64,000 bases of DNA. Source: Sarea resinae (taxonomy: Eukaryota). The first letter of the stretch is position 1; each line of letters opens with the position of its first letter. The DNA lies in contig JAPEUD010000015.1 in assembly GCA_026026165.1 (NCBI GenBank), positions 186,001-250,000 on the forward strand, given 5' to 3'. The notes beneath the pieces are model-generated. The model worked only from the letters and a program-made list of their open reading frames with translations, was not told the origin of the DNA and ran no database searches. Of the stretch, positions 39,759 through 51,661 are shown in pieces. The position numbers and the translations under genes are program-made.

Positions 39759-39880
39759 ACAACCCGCTGGTCTTGCCTGGATTAGGTTTTGTCGGATCAA
39801 TACCATTATCGAAATAGATTTCAATTCGAAGCCACCGCTACTCTTCTTATCAACTTTTCACCGCTTTGAAGGCTTGCAAT

Positions 39881-41725
39881 ATGCCACCACTGGTCGAGGA
39901 AAAATCTCGCAAAAGTCAGAGTGAGGTGAAGGAGACCGAGAGCCGAGTTGATATAGAATCTCTCCGATCCCGAGGATCCGACGAGAAAAGCGACGACTCC
40001 GACGATTCATCGGCGTCGAACCAAAGTCTCGATGATCGTTATAACAGATTCTCTCCGGCCCGAAAGCTCATCATCACCATCGTGCTCTCTTACTGCGGCT
40101 TTCTCACCCCTATCTCGTCGACGACCGTGTTGTCCGCCGTTCCGGAAGTTGCGGAAACATTTCACACGGATGGAACAACCATCACGACGAGTAATGCCTT
40201 GTACATGCTTTTCATGGGCTTGTCTCCTCTTCTCTGGGGTCCTTTGAGTCAGGTCTACGGTCGACGGCCGGTGAGTAACATCTGCCCTGTTATCTATACG
40301 GCTCGTCTAATGTCTCTAGATATGCCTTTCCACCGCCATCCTGTTCTTCGCTTTCTCTATCGGCACCGCCCTTTCCCCTAATCTTGTCGGCTTCTACATG
40401 TTCCGGATCTTGACCGCCTTTCAGGGCACATCGTTTCTGAACGTCGGCGCGAGCTGCATAGGGGATATCTATAGGCCTGTAAGACATTTATTTCCGCTTT
40501 GCTTCTTGCTGGCTCTAATTCCCTCTTCTAGACCGAACGCGCCACAGCACTAGCATGGTTCATGAGCGGCATGCTGATCGGACCAGCGCTGGGTCCCTTC
40601 ATCGGCGGCACGATCATCACATTCCGCAGCTGGCGCGTCATCTTCTGGCTGCAGACGGCGCTGGGCGGGCTCGGGACCGTCTTGGTGTTCTTCCTGCTGC
40701 CAGAAACGATCCATCATAGGCGGTGCGATGAGTGGACTGGACTGGCGCGGAAGCAAAAGGCGCGAGAGGTTTGGCGCTGGACGAACCCTTGGCGCGTGCT
40801 GAGCCTTTTCAAATACCCGAATGTGATTGCTGCTGTAAGTTTCTTTCATATCACGGCGTAGAGGGCATGAATCTGACAAAACCAAAGGGGATCGCCTCGG
40901 CCGCCCTCGTCTGGAACATGTACTCCCTCCTCACTCCGATCCGTTACGTGCTGAACCCTCGCTTTGACCTCGACTCGCCCATCCTCTCGGGCCTTTTCTA
41001 TCTCGCACCCGGCTGCGGCTACCTGACGGGGACGTTTTTCGGCGGGCGGTGGGCCGACCACACGGTGAAGAAATGGATCAAGATCCGGGGCGGCGAGCGC
41101 GTGGCCGAGGACCGGCTGCGCAGCTGCATCGTCTTCATGGGCCTCGTGATTCCCGGCGCCATGCTCGTGTACGGCTGGACGGTGCAGATGGAAAAGGGCG
41201 GCGTGGCCGTGCCCGTCATCATGATGTTCGTGCAGGGCGTCGCCCAGCTTTTCTGCTTTCCCAGCGTCAACACCTATTGCCTCGACGTCATGCAGGAGCG
41301 CTCCGGCGAGGTCGTCGCCGGGAACTATATGGTGCGTTTTCTGTTTGCCGCCCTCGGCACCGGCGTCGTGCTGCCTGCCGTCGAGAGTATCGGTATCGGT
41401 GGCTTCTCGAGCATCTCGGCGGGGTTTTTGGTGTTTGCTGCGGGCGTTATCGCTTTGACTACCAGGTATGGCAGGGCTTGGCGCGAGCGTATTGATGGCC
41501 GAGAGAGGCGTGCGATACATGGCGATGTGGAGGACGTGGAGAATGTGGAGAACGTGGAGAATGTGGAAGAGAAGAAAGAAGACAAGCGGGAAGAGACGCC
41601 CAGCGCAAGCTCAAATGGCGACGGTGCAGTTGGAAGCAAAAGCAAAGAAGGAAGCGAGATCGGAAAAGGCGAATTTAGAGAGCAGGGCCAGGAGCAGCAG
41701 GGCCCCCACCAGGAACCGCAGCAAC

Positions 41726-41757
<32 letters not shown>

Positions 41758-41793
41758 CACCTCGGGCAACAGGAGCAGCGGCCATCACAGTAA
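39881..41793 (+). CDS. MFS transporter, DHA1 (drug:H+ antiporter; Dtr1/Qdr-like) family, about 585 aa, 4 exons
   Basis: GPLSQVYGRRP (motif A), FRILTAFQG, IGDIYRP|TERATA, GPALGPFIGG, WRVIFW, LPET, GGRWAD, EDRLR. Introns 40271-40319, 40479-40531 and 40835-40887. Acidic and poly-Gln C-terminal tail. Confidence 0.93.
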
Positions 41794-43261
41794 TCAGCCA
41801 ATTCCCACGGACGGAGAAAAGATAGGCGTCCCTCCACCAACCACTCTCTCCCCCTCGACCTGACGTCAAGCCCTCGTCGTCGGGCAAGGCAATGGATCAA
41901 TCCATGCACGCGCGGCGCCCCAGTCCCGTCAAAAAACGAACACGAACCCAGCGACCCGCCATCCGAAATGGCGACGCTGAAAGGGAGAGAAAGATAGGGA
42001 AAATGAGATGTATAGAAGGACAGACAAGAAGTCAAGCAAAGCAAAGCCAAGCAAAGGAGAGGAGAAGGAAAAGGGAAGACATAACTTGCTTCCGTGTCAG
42101 GAAGTTCGCAGTCCATCATTTCAACACCCATCACTTCATCACTTATCACATCAACACCGAGAATCTCAACACCCACCATCATCTCCATTTCCTTCATCCC
42201 TCATTCACCCCTCTTCCATCATTCCTCTATCCCTCTTTCATTTCCCTCTCCTACCAATTTCGGCATCAGTAACGGCGTTGGTCTTTCGTATCCTTATTCC
42301 TATCGACATCCACGCTCGCATTTATAGAAAGGCGGGGAGGGGAAAGGGGTGTTTCGTATGGCATGGCGCGTTTTGCGATCTCTTTTCACGGCGTCGGCGA
42401 TTCTCTCAAGGCGTTGGCGTTGGCGATCGGCGTCTAGCTAGCTGGGGCGTGGGTGAGTGAAACACCCTTTCACCGGACGGACAGCAGCAATAGAGCGGGA
42501 CAGAAACGGACACAATAATAGGACAGCGGCAAGAGAGGGAGGGAGGGACTTTGCATCATCTCTTTCAATCCAGTTAATCCACAAGCCTTACCTACCTACC
42601 TACCTACGTACCTATCTATCTATCTTTTCATCTTTTCTTTGTTCACTTTCGATCTTTCATCTTCTACCTTCTATCTTTTTTTTTCTGGTTTTCTCGTATA
42701 TCAGAACACGTACCGCATAGCGCGTACCAGCTCGATCCTCTTACCTATCTATCTATCTAGTGATCAGTGTACTGCGTTCACTGCGCAGTAGGCTGGCTAG
42801 GCGGCCATCAGCGGCCATCATATAGACTTCTTGTTTATGTCTTGAAAACTATGATATTATTGTTTGGTCGTTTTACTGGAGTTATTTGTTGCATTAGATT
42901 GATTAGCTATCTATCTATCTATCGATCTATCCAATCATCTTTCGTCTCGGTGTCGTATCTCCTTTCGTTCTATCTTTTGCTATTGTCGTTATCGCCATCG
43001 TATCTCTCGCCATCGTCATAGTCGTCATTGTCATAATCGTATCTCCCCTCCCCCCTTTCCCCCGTTCCCCCCCCACCACCACCACTACCACTAACAGCAT
43101 CATACCCAGACCCCCTCAACCCTCTCAACCCCCAAAGGCGCGCGTCCACCTCAACCACACCACCGGCAAAGAGACCAATAAACAACAAACAACCAATGAT
43201 CTAGAACCTTTCTCCGTTCGGTTCGGTTCTATCCTGTTCTGTTGAGGCTATCTAATCTATT

Positions 43262-43322
43262 AGTGGTAGAGTGGTAGAGTGGTAGAGTGGTAGAGTGATA
43301 GAGTGATAGAGTGGGAGAGTGG
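43262..43322 (+). repeat. 8-bp tandem repeat (AGTGGTAG/AGTGATAG) x about 7
   Basis: agtggtag agtggtag agtggtag agtggtag agtgatag agtgatag agtgggag; lies in a microsatellite-rich convergent intergenic region. Confidence 0.9.
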
Positions 43323-44013
43323 GATAGTATAGTAATATAGTAATTCATCAATAGAGTTTCAACACACATATACATCTACATCTACATATACACATACACA
43401 CACATATACACGTACACGCATTTGTTTTTCGGTTCTTTTCTTTTGAAAGGGTTCCTGTTTCTTCTTTTTCCTTAGGAGAAAACTGGTACGCGACTAGATA
43501 GGTTGTTTGTTGGATAGATAGATAAGAGGGATACACGCGGCTGCAGAGAGGAGGAGGGAGAGAGGGAGAGGTCACAGAGAGAGTGAAAATCGGGGAGACA
43601 AGACATCAATACTTTGTAACTACCAGAGCACGTATCGTGTGTGTAGAAGTAAGTACAAAGTGCTCTCCCCCTTTTCTCCCATATTTCTAGTCTCTTCCCC
43701 CATCTCCTTCCCCTACCCCACCTCCTTCCCGCTCCCACGCCCCCTGCTTCCGAATAAGCACCACATACCCCACACACACAGAGAGAGAGAGGAAAAGAGA
43801 AAAGGTTCCGCTACCAGAGCAGAGCAGAGCCAGGCTGAGCCGATCAAGATAGATACCCGATACAGCACTAGTCCCAAGTCCACAAGCCCATCCAGCCCAG
43901 CCTGCCGGGCCGGATTCACATGGCACACACATACATGGCACATTGCTCATCGCTCATCGCACCAGGCGAAAAGGGAGAAAAAACCGTTCAAGAAGCCTAT
44001 GCCAAAGCTAAGC

Positions 44014-45324
44014 CTAAGCACGAGCGGAGATCATGGGCACGCTTCCCGAGAAGGTCGAGTTCAGACCCGGAAATCCGCTGGTCACGGTCGTGCCGATTTT
44101 CGGCGTGGTTTCGTCATCGTTGTCGTCCCCAGTGGTGGTGGTTCCGCTGGATGATGATGATGCGGCAGCGTCGGCAGCGTCAGACGCCGCAGAAGCGTTC
44201 TCAGTGGTTCCACTGGGCGCGGCGGCCTCGCTGGCAATAGCAGTAGCGGTAGCGACAGCTGTAGGAGCACTATCGCCCGCAGTGGCAGTGCCCGCAGACC
44301 CAGCAGATCCAGTGCCGCTGCCCTGACCCTTGAGCTCGTCCATCAGCCCACTGAGATTGAAACTCGGCATCATGCCCTTGATCGTGCTACCGAGCGGCGG
44401 CGCGTTCTTCGACGCAGAACCCAGTCCGGATCCCATGGCGCAGAGTCCCTTGCCGGCGATGTTACCCGCAAAACTCGACATGTTGGCCGACGGCGAGGGG
44501 TAGGTGGATGTGAGCTTATTGCCGGACCAGTTGAGCCCGTTGGCAATGTGCGGGAGTGTGGCGTAGGCGAGGGAGCCTGCTGATTTAAGCGCGGACGAGG
44601 TCGACGAGGTGCCGTTGCCGCTGGTCGGAGAGACGAGCTGGCGGCGCTTCAGGGACGTGGCCGTCGACTTTAGGTTCGAGAGGATCGTCGAGAAGGACGG
44701 GAGGATGGACGAGATACCGTTCTCCGAGACCTTGCTTAGGGAGCTGCCGAGCGAGGACGACGGCGAGGCGCTGCTGATCGTCTTTCCCAGTACACCTGTG
44801 AGGCTGCTCAGCGACGGCATGCCGGACGTGCTGGCGTTGCTGAGGAGCGAGCCCAGCCCGCCAAGTCCTTGCGTGGTGTCCGAGTGCTTGGAGGTCAAGG
44901 AGGAGCCGGCGTCCGAGAGCAGCGAGGACAAAGAGCCCGTGGAATTGCCGCTCTGGATGCCCGAGAACAGGTTCGTCAGCGAAGAGGGCAGTTCGGCCTT
45001 CAGCGACGACCAAGACTTTGGGAGATCGCCGGTCACCAATGGCAGGTCCGAGGTGAAGCCGCTCAGGATGTTCGTGAGGGACGGCAGGCCGGACGTCAGG
45101 GTTGGCAAGTCCGAAGTGAGACCGCCCTCCAGGAGGCTCGAGATGCCGGATTCCTGGCGCACTTTCAGTGTCGGGGTTGTTGGCGTTGTGTCTTTGGCAA
45201 GGATGACACCGCTGTCTGGACCGCTGGCGCTTTGAGAATCCTCTGATCCGACGGTCCGAGTAAGGCCGGAGGGTGCGGCTGCGGCCAGAGCGGCAAAGAA
45301 GACGGAGATGAATGCGGTCTTCAT
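44014..45324 (-). CDS. Secreted Ser/Gly/Thr/Leu-rich protein of unknown function (436 aa, intronless)
   Basis: Clear signal peptide MKTAFISVFFAALAAA|AP, CACCATG start context, GC3-rich codons, upstream TATAAA (minus strand 45551-45556), basic sites KVR|Q and KRR|Q. Confidence 0.85.
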   Translation of the reverse strand: MKTAFISVFFAALAAAAPSGLTRTVGSEDSQSASGPDSGVILAKDTTPTTPTLKVRQESGISSLLEGGLTSDLPTLTSGLPSLTNILSGFTSDLPLVTGDLPKSWSSLKAELPSSLTNLFSGIQSGNSTGSLSSLLSDAGSSLTSKHSDTTQGLGGLGSLLSNASTSGMPSLSSLTGVLGKTISSASPSSSLGSSLSKVSENGISSILPSFSTILSNLKSTATSLKRRQLVSPTSGNGTSSTSSALKSAGSLAYATLPHIANGLNWSGNKLTSTYPSPSANMSSFAGNIAGKGLCAMGSGLGSASKNAPPLGSTIKGMMPSFNLSGLMDELKGQGSGTGSAGSAGTATAGDSAPTAVATATAIASEAAAPSGTTENASAASDAADAAASSSSSGTTTTGDDNDDETTPKIGTTVTSGFPGLNSTFSGSVPMISARA

Positions 45325-45550
45325 GGTGACTTGCTTCTTTGGACGCTGCTTGTTGATTGAGGCTACAATGGGCAGACTTGCTGGCCGGTTGTATGTAAAA
45401 CGAGTGCAAAGATCAATCGATCGTCAAGACCGAGATGTGAAAGAATGTAGAGCGAAAAATGAAGAACTGAACGAGAGTGTTTGAAGGCTATCTTCGTGTG
45501 TGTGTTTGGTGAGTGAAAAACAGAAGTCGAGGACGGGAAGGACGCTGTCC

Positions 45551-45556
45551 TTTATA
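45551..45556 (-). promoter_or_regulatory. Putative TATA box of the secreted-protein gene
   Basis: TATAAA on the minus strand about 230 nt upstream of the ATG at 45324, followed by a CT/CA-rich leader. Confidence 0.5.
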
Positions 45557-47755
45557 GATGATCAGGTCCCCTCGCTGTCTTGAAATTTTGGATGTCCGAT
45601 ATCTCCACCTTCCCTCCTGTCTGTGTTTCGTCTCAATCTGCTCTACCTGCGACACGACCCTTCCAGACCAGATGGCAAGATCGAGGATTCCATGCCAGAA
45701 AGAAGAGAGGATCAGGCTTCTCGTACAACGACCTGTCCTTGACGGACCATCTCATGGTTCAGACTTTGAGCGTGAAACCAACGATCAGCATGACCAATTC
45801 AGTAAACAGTCCGTGCCAAGCTAGTACCGAAAGCCCACTGAGCCCTTTTCTTGGTTGTGTTCGAAACAGATTTGATGGCCCTGGCTCTCCTTGTCCTTAT
45901 CGCCAGTGATATTGCCAACGGTGTGAGATACTCTTCTCGGATCTAAAGCTCGTTTTCAAGACAAGGAAAAGAGTCCGTAGCGCAAGGGGCTCGGCGTGCG
46001 AGGACCTTCAGCACCGACGAGATAGAAAATAAGGTTAGTGAGGTGAGGAATCGAGCCTCTGCTGTCTGCCATGTTTCACACGGAAGGCGGAATGGCCAGG
46101 CGAGGTGATCGGCAACCCATAAATGCAACGCAGGGTAGAAGGCCGAGGTTCGCGTCTTTTTTCTTGCGTGCGGCCCGCCAGCGATGGCCATTCGGGACAT
46201 TTTAGGTGCCTCGGTATAAGATCTTGAAAGCACTGGCCTCTCCATCTGACCAGGGTCGATCCTAGCAGAATCCTCTTCCCTCGCTCTCTCTTTCATGATA
46301 TCAATCAGAGGGTAGCCGGAAAAGGTTCATCGATTCGCAATGTTGGAATTGAGTGATAGCACAGCTCAGCATGCGCGACAATCTTCTGTAAAAGACATCA
46401 GTCTCGTGCCAAACCGACAATCCAGTGGACGTAGAAAGAAGCTCGGCACCAAGGTGATGAAGTGTATGAACCCCACTTTACCCAAGAGACAATCCCGGCG
46501 ATGTCGCGATGACGGGAGAGAAGTTGATGCATGATAGATCAGGGATGAGCCCTACATTGGAAGCGGACAAACGGACAAGAAAGTCATCGAGCAAGCAAGA
46601 GAAGCAGAAGCCATCACACCGTCCGTGCTCCCATCTCGCACCCCTGAAACACCCAACACGCGACTTTGCAGCAGACCTCGGCGAGCTCAACGATCAAGCA
46701 TGGAAACATCAGAGATAGGGTCCCGTCCATACATGCATGCATACGTGCATACATCCTGCAATCCAGTGCGAGCCTCTCATTCCAAAGACAAGAAAGCCGA
46801 GTGAGTCCTCATACGCTGGTAGAGTGACTGTGCCAGGATCGAGCTCGTGTCCTCGGAGCGAGCGAGATGGTCCCCTCGTTTCATCGTCTCAGACTCGCCC
46901 TGCCGATGATTCCCCCATTCGGCCTCCAGGTTGTCTGTGAGAGTCGGGGTCACGCCGCAATGGGCACGATCGTCGCCTAGCTGCGGCAGTCCCTGACCCG
47001 TCTGCTCTGTAGCTGCCGCCCTAGAGTAGAAGGAGACAGCCCTAGCGCAGGAACTGCCGTCTGCCGCCTTAGCTCAACCTCGCTTCCCGAATCCCCACCA
47101 CTGTTCGGCCATTTCACGCGTGCGGAGGGGTTGGCCGTGCGGCACGACTCGGTGGCGAGTCCTCAAATACTGAATGTAGAAGCTGCGATATGGAATCTAT
47201 CAATACGAACTATGGGTACAAGACTGTAGAAGACTGTGGTTCAAATCTGCTGGGCTAAGCCCACGTAGAGATTCAGAAGAGCACAACTATTTTTCTCATT
47301 TTTACCTTCACTTCCACTCTACAACGATACGCAAGGTGCTTTGGTGTGTATGTTCATGTCATCAGTCGTGGACCTAGGCTGTCTTAAATCTAGGCTATCC
47401 TATCCCAGCAATTCGGTCCCGTCGCTATAGCGCAAAACACACCCCAGCCAGATTGTTAACGAGAGAAAGGATAACGAAGCCGACTATAATGTAAAGGAGT
47501 GAAACGAGAATCCTCCCCTCGAGAGCCCAGCTGGCCGAAGCTGAGCTGAGCTAGCTTGCCGTCTCGGGTGCTGAAACTACGTTATCTGTACGACACAGTA
47601 TTGTAGATGACTTGTGCGGCGATTGCTTGGTCGTTCACGCCTCGGAAAAAGGGAGGGAAGGAAGACCGAGGGAGTAAAAGAGGGATTCAACAAGAAGAAA
47701 AGACAAGGAGAGGATGGGGCTTGAAGTGAACTGCGTGGACTGCTATAGTGCAATC

Positions 47756-50053
47756 TTAGAAAACGTCCTCTGGCCATTCGTAGTCCTCTTTTTCCACCCT
47801 CACCAGGCTGGCACTTGTCCTCTGCCTCTCAGTCTTCGTCATGATCGGAGTCATGTGCAAAGGTGGGGACATTGGCATCGACTTCTTTTTTGGATCAACA
47901 TCAACTCCTCTATCCTCATTATCCTTCTCTTCCTCTACATCACCCTCCTTGTCTCCAGTCGTATAGTCGTCTTCCCCTCGGGGACTCGACGCCTCTTTTC
48001 CTTCAGCCAATCTGATCATCTTCTTGAGCCCCCTTGGCACCTGGGGTACAGGCGGTATGGAGACGTTGTCCGGGGTGATAGAGATGGGATAATCATTAAC
48101 TCGAGAGTTTTTCGGATCGCTGGAGCGAACAGAACGGCGCGGGCCGGTGAGGCCAGCTGGATTAGAATAATGGAATGGGAACGGCGGCGGAGACGAAGCT
48201 CGGTAGCGTGGAAGGTTGGATTTTGCGCTTCGTGGGGCGGCTAAAAGTCTCATTCGTGGCATGCCTGGACTGCCTAACGATGTGTTTGTGGAGACGGACG
48301 CGATATCCCCAGTCTCGATCAATGAAGCTGCCTCATTCGTGTCCAGCAGAGACCTAGGTATTTTTGAGCCATTTCTACGGGTCTGGACTCGCTTCTGCGG
48401 CGTGATCTCTTTGGCTTGCTCGGTATCTGGTCCATGACCGATGTCATCGGAGGTCTTCCGTTTACCAGACTGTGGCTTGTGATGAAGCTTGATGGGCGTG
48501 GTACTCTGCTCCACTTCTTCGGATACGTTTTCAAGATGGTGCGAGTCTCGTTCCTGGCTATCATCGTCAAAGCTCTTCGGCATACTTAGGGGTTGCTTAA
48601 GCTTGAGCTTGAGGACGAGCTTTGGCCTCTCTATCTCTTCGGGTGAGCTTTTGGTTGGCTCGTACTTGGGTCCCTCTGCGCTATTGAATTCTTCATCAGC
48701 CGGTATGGGAGAAGTCTCAGTCTGGTCAAGCTTCTTGTCCGGTCTTTCGATTTCTGCTAGCTGTTGTTCTCGCATAAGTATCCGCTCGGAAGGCACAGAA
48801 GGTAGTGCACCCGGAACAAAAGGCTTTCGTGCTTCCGCTGACGGTAAAGGAGGGATGGGTTCATCACCCATGGCGAGCAATTGCCGACGAGCAGCTTCAA
48901 GCTTCCCCTCGAGATCACTGACCTTTTTGGCGAGTTTCCGTTGCTTTCTGAGATCCTTTTTGGAGACTTGCGAGTGCAAAGTTGGTCCGCCAGGGCCGAC
49001 TCGCGCTGAATCGGGCAGAGGTGTCGGAGTCATCATGTTGTCGGCATTGATTGAAGACGAACGCAAGTCTGACCGCGATATTCTAAGGCTTGGAAGTGAG
49101 GCTCTCCTTAAGAAGTATGCTTTACGCTGAGTAGGGGGTTCGAATGCTGAGTTATCCGAAAAATCAGATGCCGACTTTTGAGCTGACCCCATGTTAGAAT
49201 CTATCGGTGTCTCTTCCTCTCTTCGACGCTCTTTTGACGAACTGTCTCGGCCCACGTCAATTCCAGAGTCACGCCGAGTTTCAGACCTTGGAAATCGACC
49301 GGAAAAGCTCGCAACAAAAGGAGTTGCCTTGTGGGTCGATGGTCCTATTTGGCCATTCTCCTTTAGTTCCTGGTATGCCTTCTCGGCTTTAAATCGCCGT
49401 TCTTCCATGAGCTTCAGATGGGGATCCTGCTCTGGGCTCGGCTTCCATATGGTCGCCTTGTTTCCCCAATTTGCTGGATTAAAGGCAGAAGCTATCGACT
49501 TGCCGAAGCGAAAGATACTTGACTGTCGAGAGGCGCTTGACTTGACGGTGCTCTGCGATATTGGCCGTCGCGATGGCCGCCCCTCAATTTCCGCCCCACT
49601 GATCTCGGATTCGGCTGTCCTTTCCGACGCCGCAGCTGATTCTTGTAGACATCTGTCCAGCCTGTTCTCCTCTGTCATGTAGATGCTTGGTGGTTTCTCG
49701 CTAGTACGATCGTTCATACTCCCTTCCTGGAACTTGGAAGGTCTGGCAGAGTGCATCTCGTTTCGTCTGGACACTGTGCGAGAATTGAATGGCTTCGATT
49801 GTAGAGATACCAAAGAAGGTGGAAGAGCAGATCCAGTGGACTTCAGAGGCCAATCTTCATTGCACTGACGCTTCCTTAAGTGATGATTATCGTCATGGAC
49901 GGCCTCATCTTCCTCGGCATCGTTGTATTGGCCCGGCGTGGCTTCTTCGTAGTCGGACAATTCCTCGGTTCGATCCGAGCGTGAGTGTTTGCGTGCACTC
50001 GAAGACCTCGCGGGAGTCTCGGTCTCCTCGGCAACATAGTCCAGTGAATACAT
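47756..50053 (-). CDS. Conserved fungal hypothetical protein, largely disordered with a coiled coil (resembles proteins annotated as putative nuclear RNA-binding protein); start uncertain
   Basis: 765-aa uninterrupted ORF with motif-like islands RPSKFQEGSMNDR, FRFGKSIASAFNP, KKDLRKQRKLAKKVSDLEGKLEAARRQL, FVPGALPSVPSE and a C-terminal EWPEDVF. The family label is recalled, not searched. Confidence 0.75.
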   Translation of the reverse strand: MYSLDYVAEETETPARSSSARKHSRSDRTEELSDYEEATPGQYNDAEEDEAVHDDNHHLRKRQCNEDWPLKSTGSALPPSLVSLQSKPFNSRTVSRRNEMHSARPSKFQEGSMNDRTSEKPPSIYMTEENRLDRCLQESAAASERTAESEISGAEIEGRPSRRPISQSTVKSSASRQSSIFRFGKSIASAFNPANWGNKATIWKPSPEQDPHLKLMEERRFKAEKAYQELKENGQIGPSTHKATPFVASFSGRFPRSETRRDSGIDVGRDSSSKERRREEETPIDSNMGSAQKSASDFSDNSAFEPPTQRKAYFLRRASLPSLRISRSDLRSSSINADNMMTPTPLPDSARVGPGGPTLHSQVSKKDLRKQRKLAKKVSDLEGKLEAARRQLLAMGDEPIPPLPSAEARKPFVPGALPSVPSERILMREQQLAEIERPDKKLDQTETSPIPADEEFNSAEGPKYEPTKSSPEEIERPKLVLKLKLKQPLSMPKSFDDDSQERDSHHLENVSEEVEQSTTPIKLHHKPQSGKRKTSDDIGHGPDTEQAKEITPQKRVQTRRNGSKIPRSLLDTNEAASLIETGDIASVSTNTSLGSPGMPRMRLLAAPRSAKSNLPRYRASSPPPFPFHYSNPAGLTGPRRSVRSSDPKNSRVNDYPISITPDNVSIPPVPQVPRGLKKMIRLAEGKEASSPRGEDDYTTGDKEGDVEEEKDNEDRGVDVDPKKKSMPMSPPLHMTPIMTKTERQRTSASLVRVEKEDYEWPEDVF

Positions 50054-51661
50054 ATTGAAGGCGTGAATGGTATCGTGAGGTTCTTTGGTCGTACGGATCT
50101 GGACTCGCGGTTATTCAGCAATTGCGTCCACTATGGGCCCATTGAGAATATCATCCAAGGCAAGGTAGGGAATACTGTGCCGACCCACCTCTGAAAAGCG
50201 AGGAAGACTGATCGGGGTCGCTCAGTGCGGAATGCCTCATTCACTGGTTGTGGCGGTGAATCGCTATGGTGCGCTCTATCGTTGGACCCAGATAGCTTAG
50301 GATGTATCATGTACGGACTCTGTACACGACATTGAATCATGCACCCTTCAGCCGTGTTCGATAGTCAAATTCCGCAGTCATCAATGGAAAATAGCCATGC
50401 AAATCGTGAAGTCATAAGGCGTTGGATAAATGGCATGGAATCGTGAGATGTTGAAGCCGGTGCAGCGAAGGATTGCCCTTCACTTGGAACTCAACTCAGC
50501 TCTCCTTCTGAGTGACGTGTTTGGCGAGCCTGTAAACATGCCAACCAACACGCTAAATCCAAGCCAATTAAGCACACTTGCAACTTTACCTGACCTCCCT
50601 ACTCCTGAAACACCGTCTCTGCAGCGTGCAGTGCAATGGCTGCAATGCATCGAGACGGCCAACTTGAAAATGCAATCATCTCCAGTGATTCAGCACAGCA
50701 AGACGCTATCTAGTGCCTTTGGTGATGCCACCGGCATACACCCCTATACATACCCGTGCACCTGAGGTAGACTTCACCACTCTCCCCACCACGGCGGGGA
50801 ACAAACGCAGGTCCCCCGTTCTAAACACCCATGCGCTCTCTCTCCTGCATGACAACGGCAAAGCACGCTCAATCCCGCGCCATTCTCAATTATCCGTACT
50901 TCATCCACACAACAGGGCCAAAAGCACGTAGTACCACAATTTCACGTGTTGAACGGTTTATTTTTGCATTGCGGCACAGCCTACATCTCCCGTAGTCTGT
51001 TGAGGGGCACTAGATACATAATTCTGTTGTTGAGCGGATGATGGTGAAAGTCGCGACTTTCGAAAAGCCTAACTACTCTACACGAAGAATTGCTTATTGC
51101 AAAGAAGAGATAATGAATAACAGCAAACAGAACTTCAAGAGCGAATCGCAGAAGACAGGTACCACCCTGATCAAAAAAAGAAGAATTGAGAAGAATGATA
51201 TAAGACAGTGTCGCCTCCCTGAGACTCTAAGAAACACTTGCATCTAAGCCGCCTTTTCTGAATAAAAGAACTTTCATGTTGTCGCCACGAACTAGAGTCG
51301 GAATAGAATTCGGTCGATAGATGGATAAAAAGGAAAATTTAGAGCAGAGCCAGTATATTGCACGAGAAAAGCAATGGAATAGATGTCGTCGATGACCGTT
51401 GATATCAGCCACTCTCGTGGAGCGCTGGGTGAGTTGAACATAGAAGGAGAAAGACGTTCAGAGCCCGTCGAAGGCTGGGTTGTAATGTAATTGCGACGCC
51501 CGTGGCGCCTTCGCTGAAAAAGTACGAGGGTATCAGATTAATCGTGATTTGGAGAAGCGGAGACGAATAGGCGTAGAAACTCCAAACACCCAGTGTTAGG
51601 CGAAGCATTTGATCAGCGTCGAAACAAGAAACAGGGTCGTGCGCAAGAACGAGAAGATCGT

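Noticed and set aside
38000..39800. Hidden gene between the cyclase and MFS genes
   Set aside because: No coherent exon chain or recognisable motif on the minus strand read by hand, or among the listed plus-strand ORFs.
47237..47255. tRNA B-box-like GGTTCAAATC
   Set aside because: No proper T-stem, A-box or cloverleaf around it.
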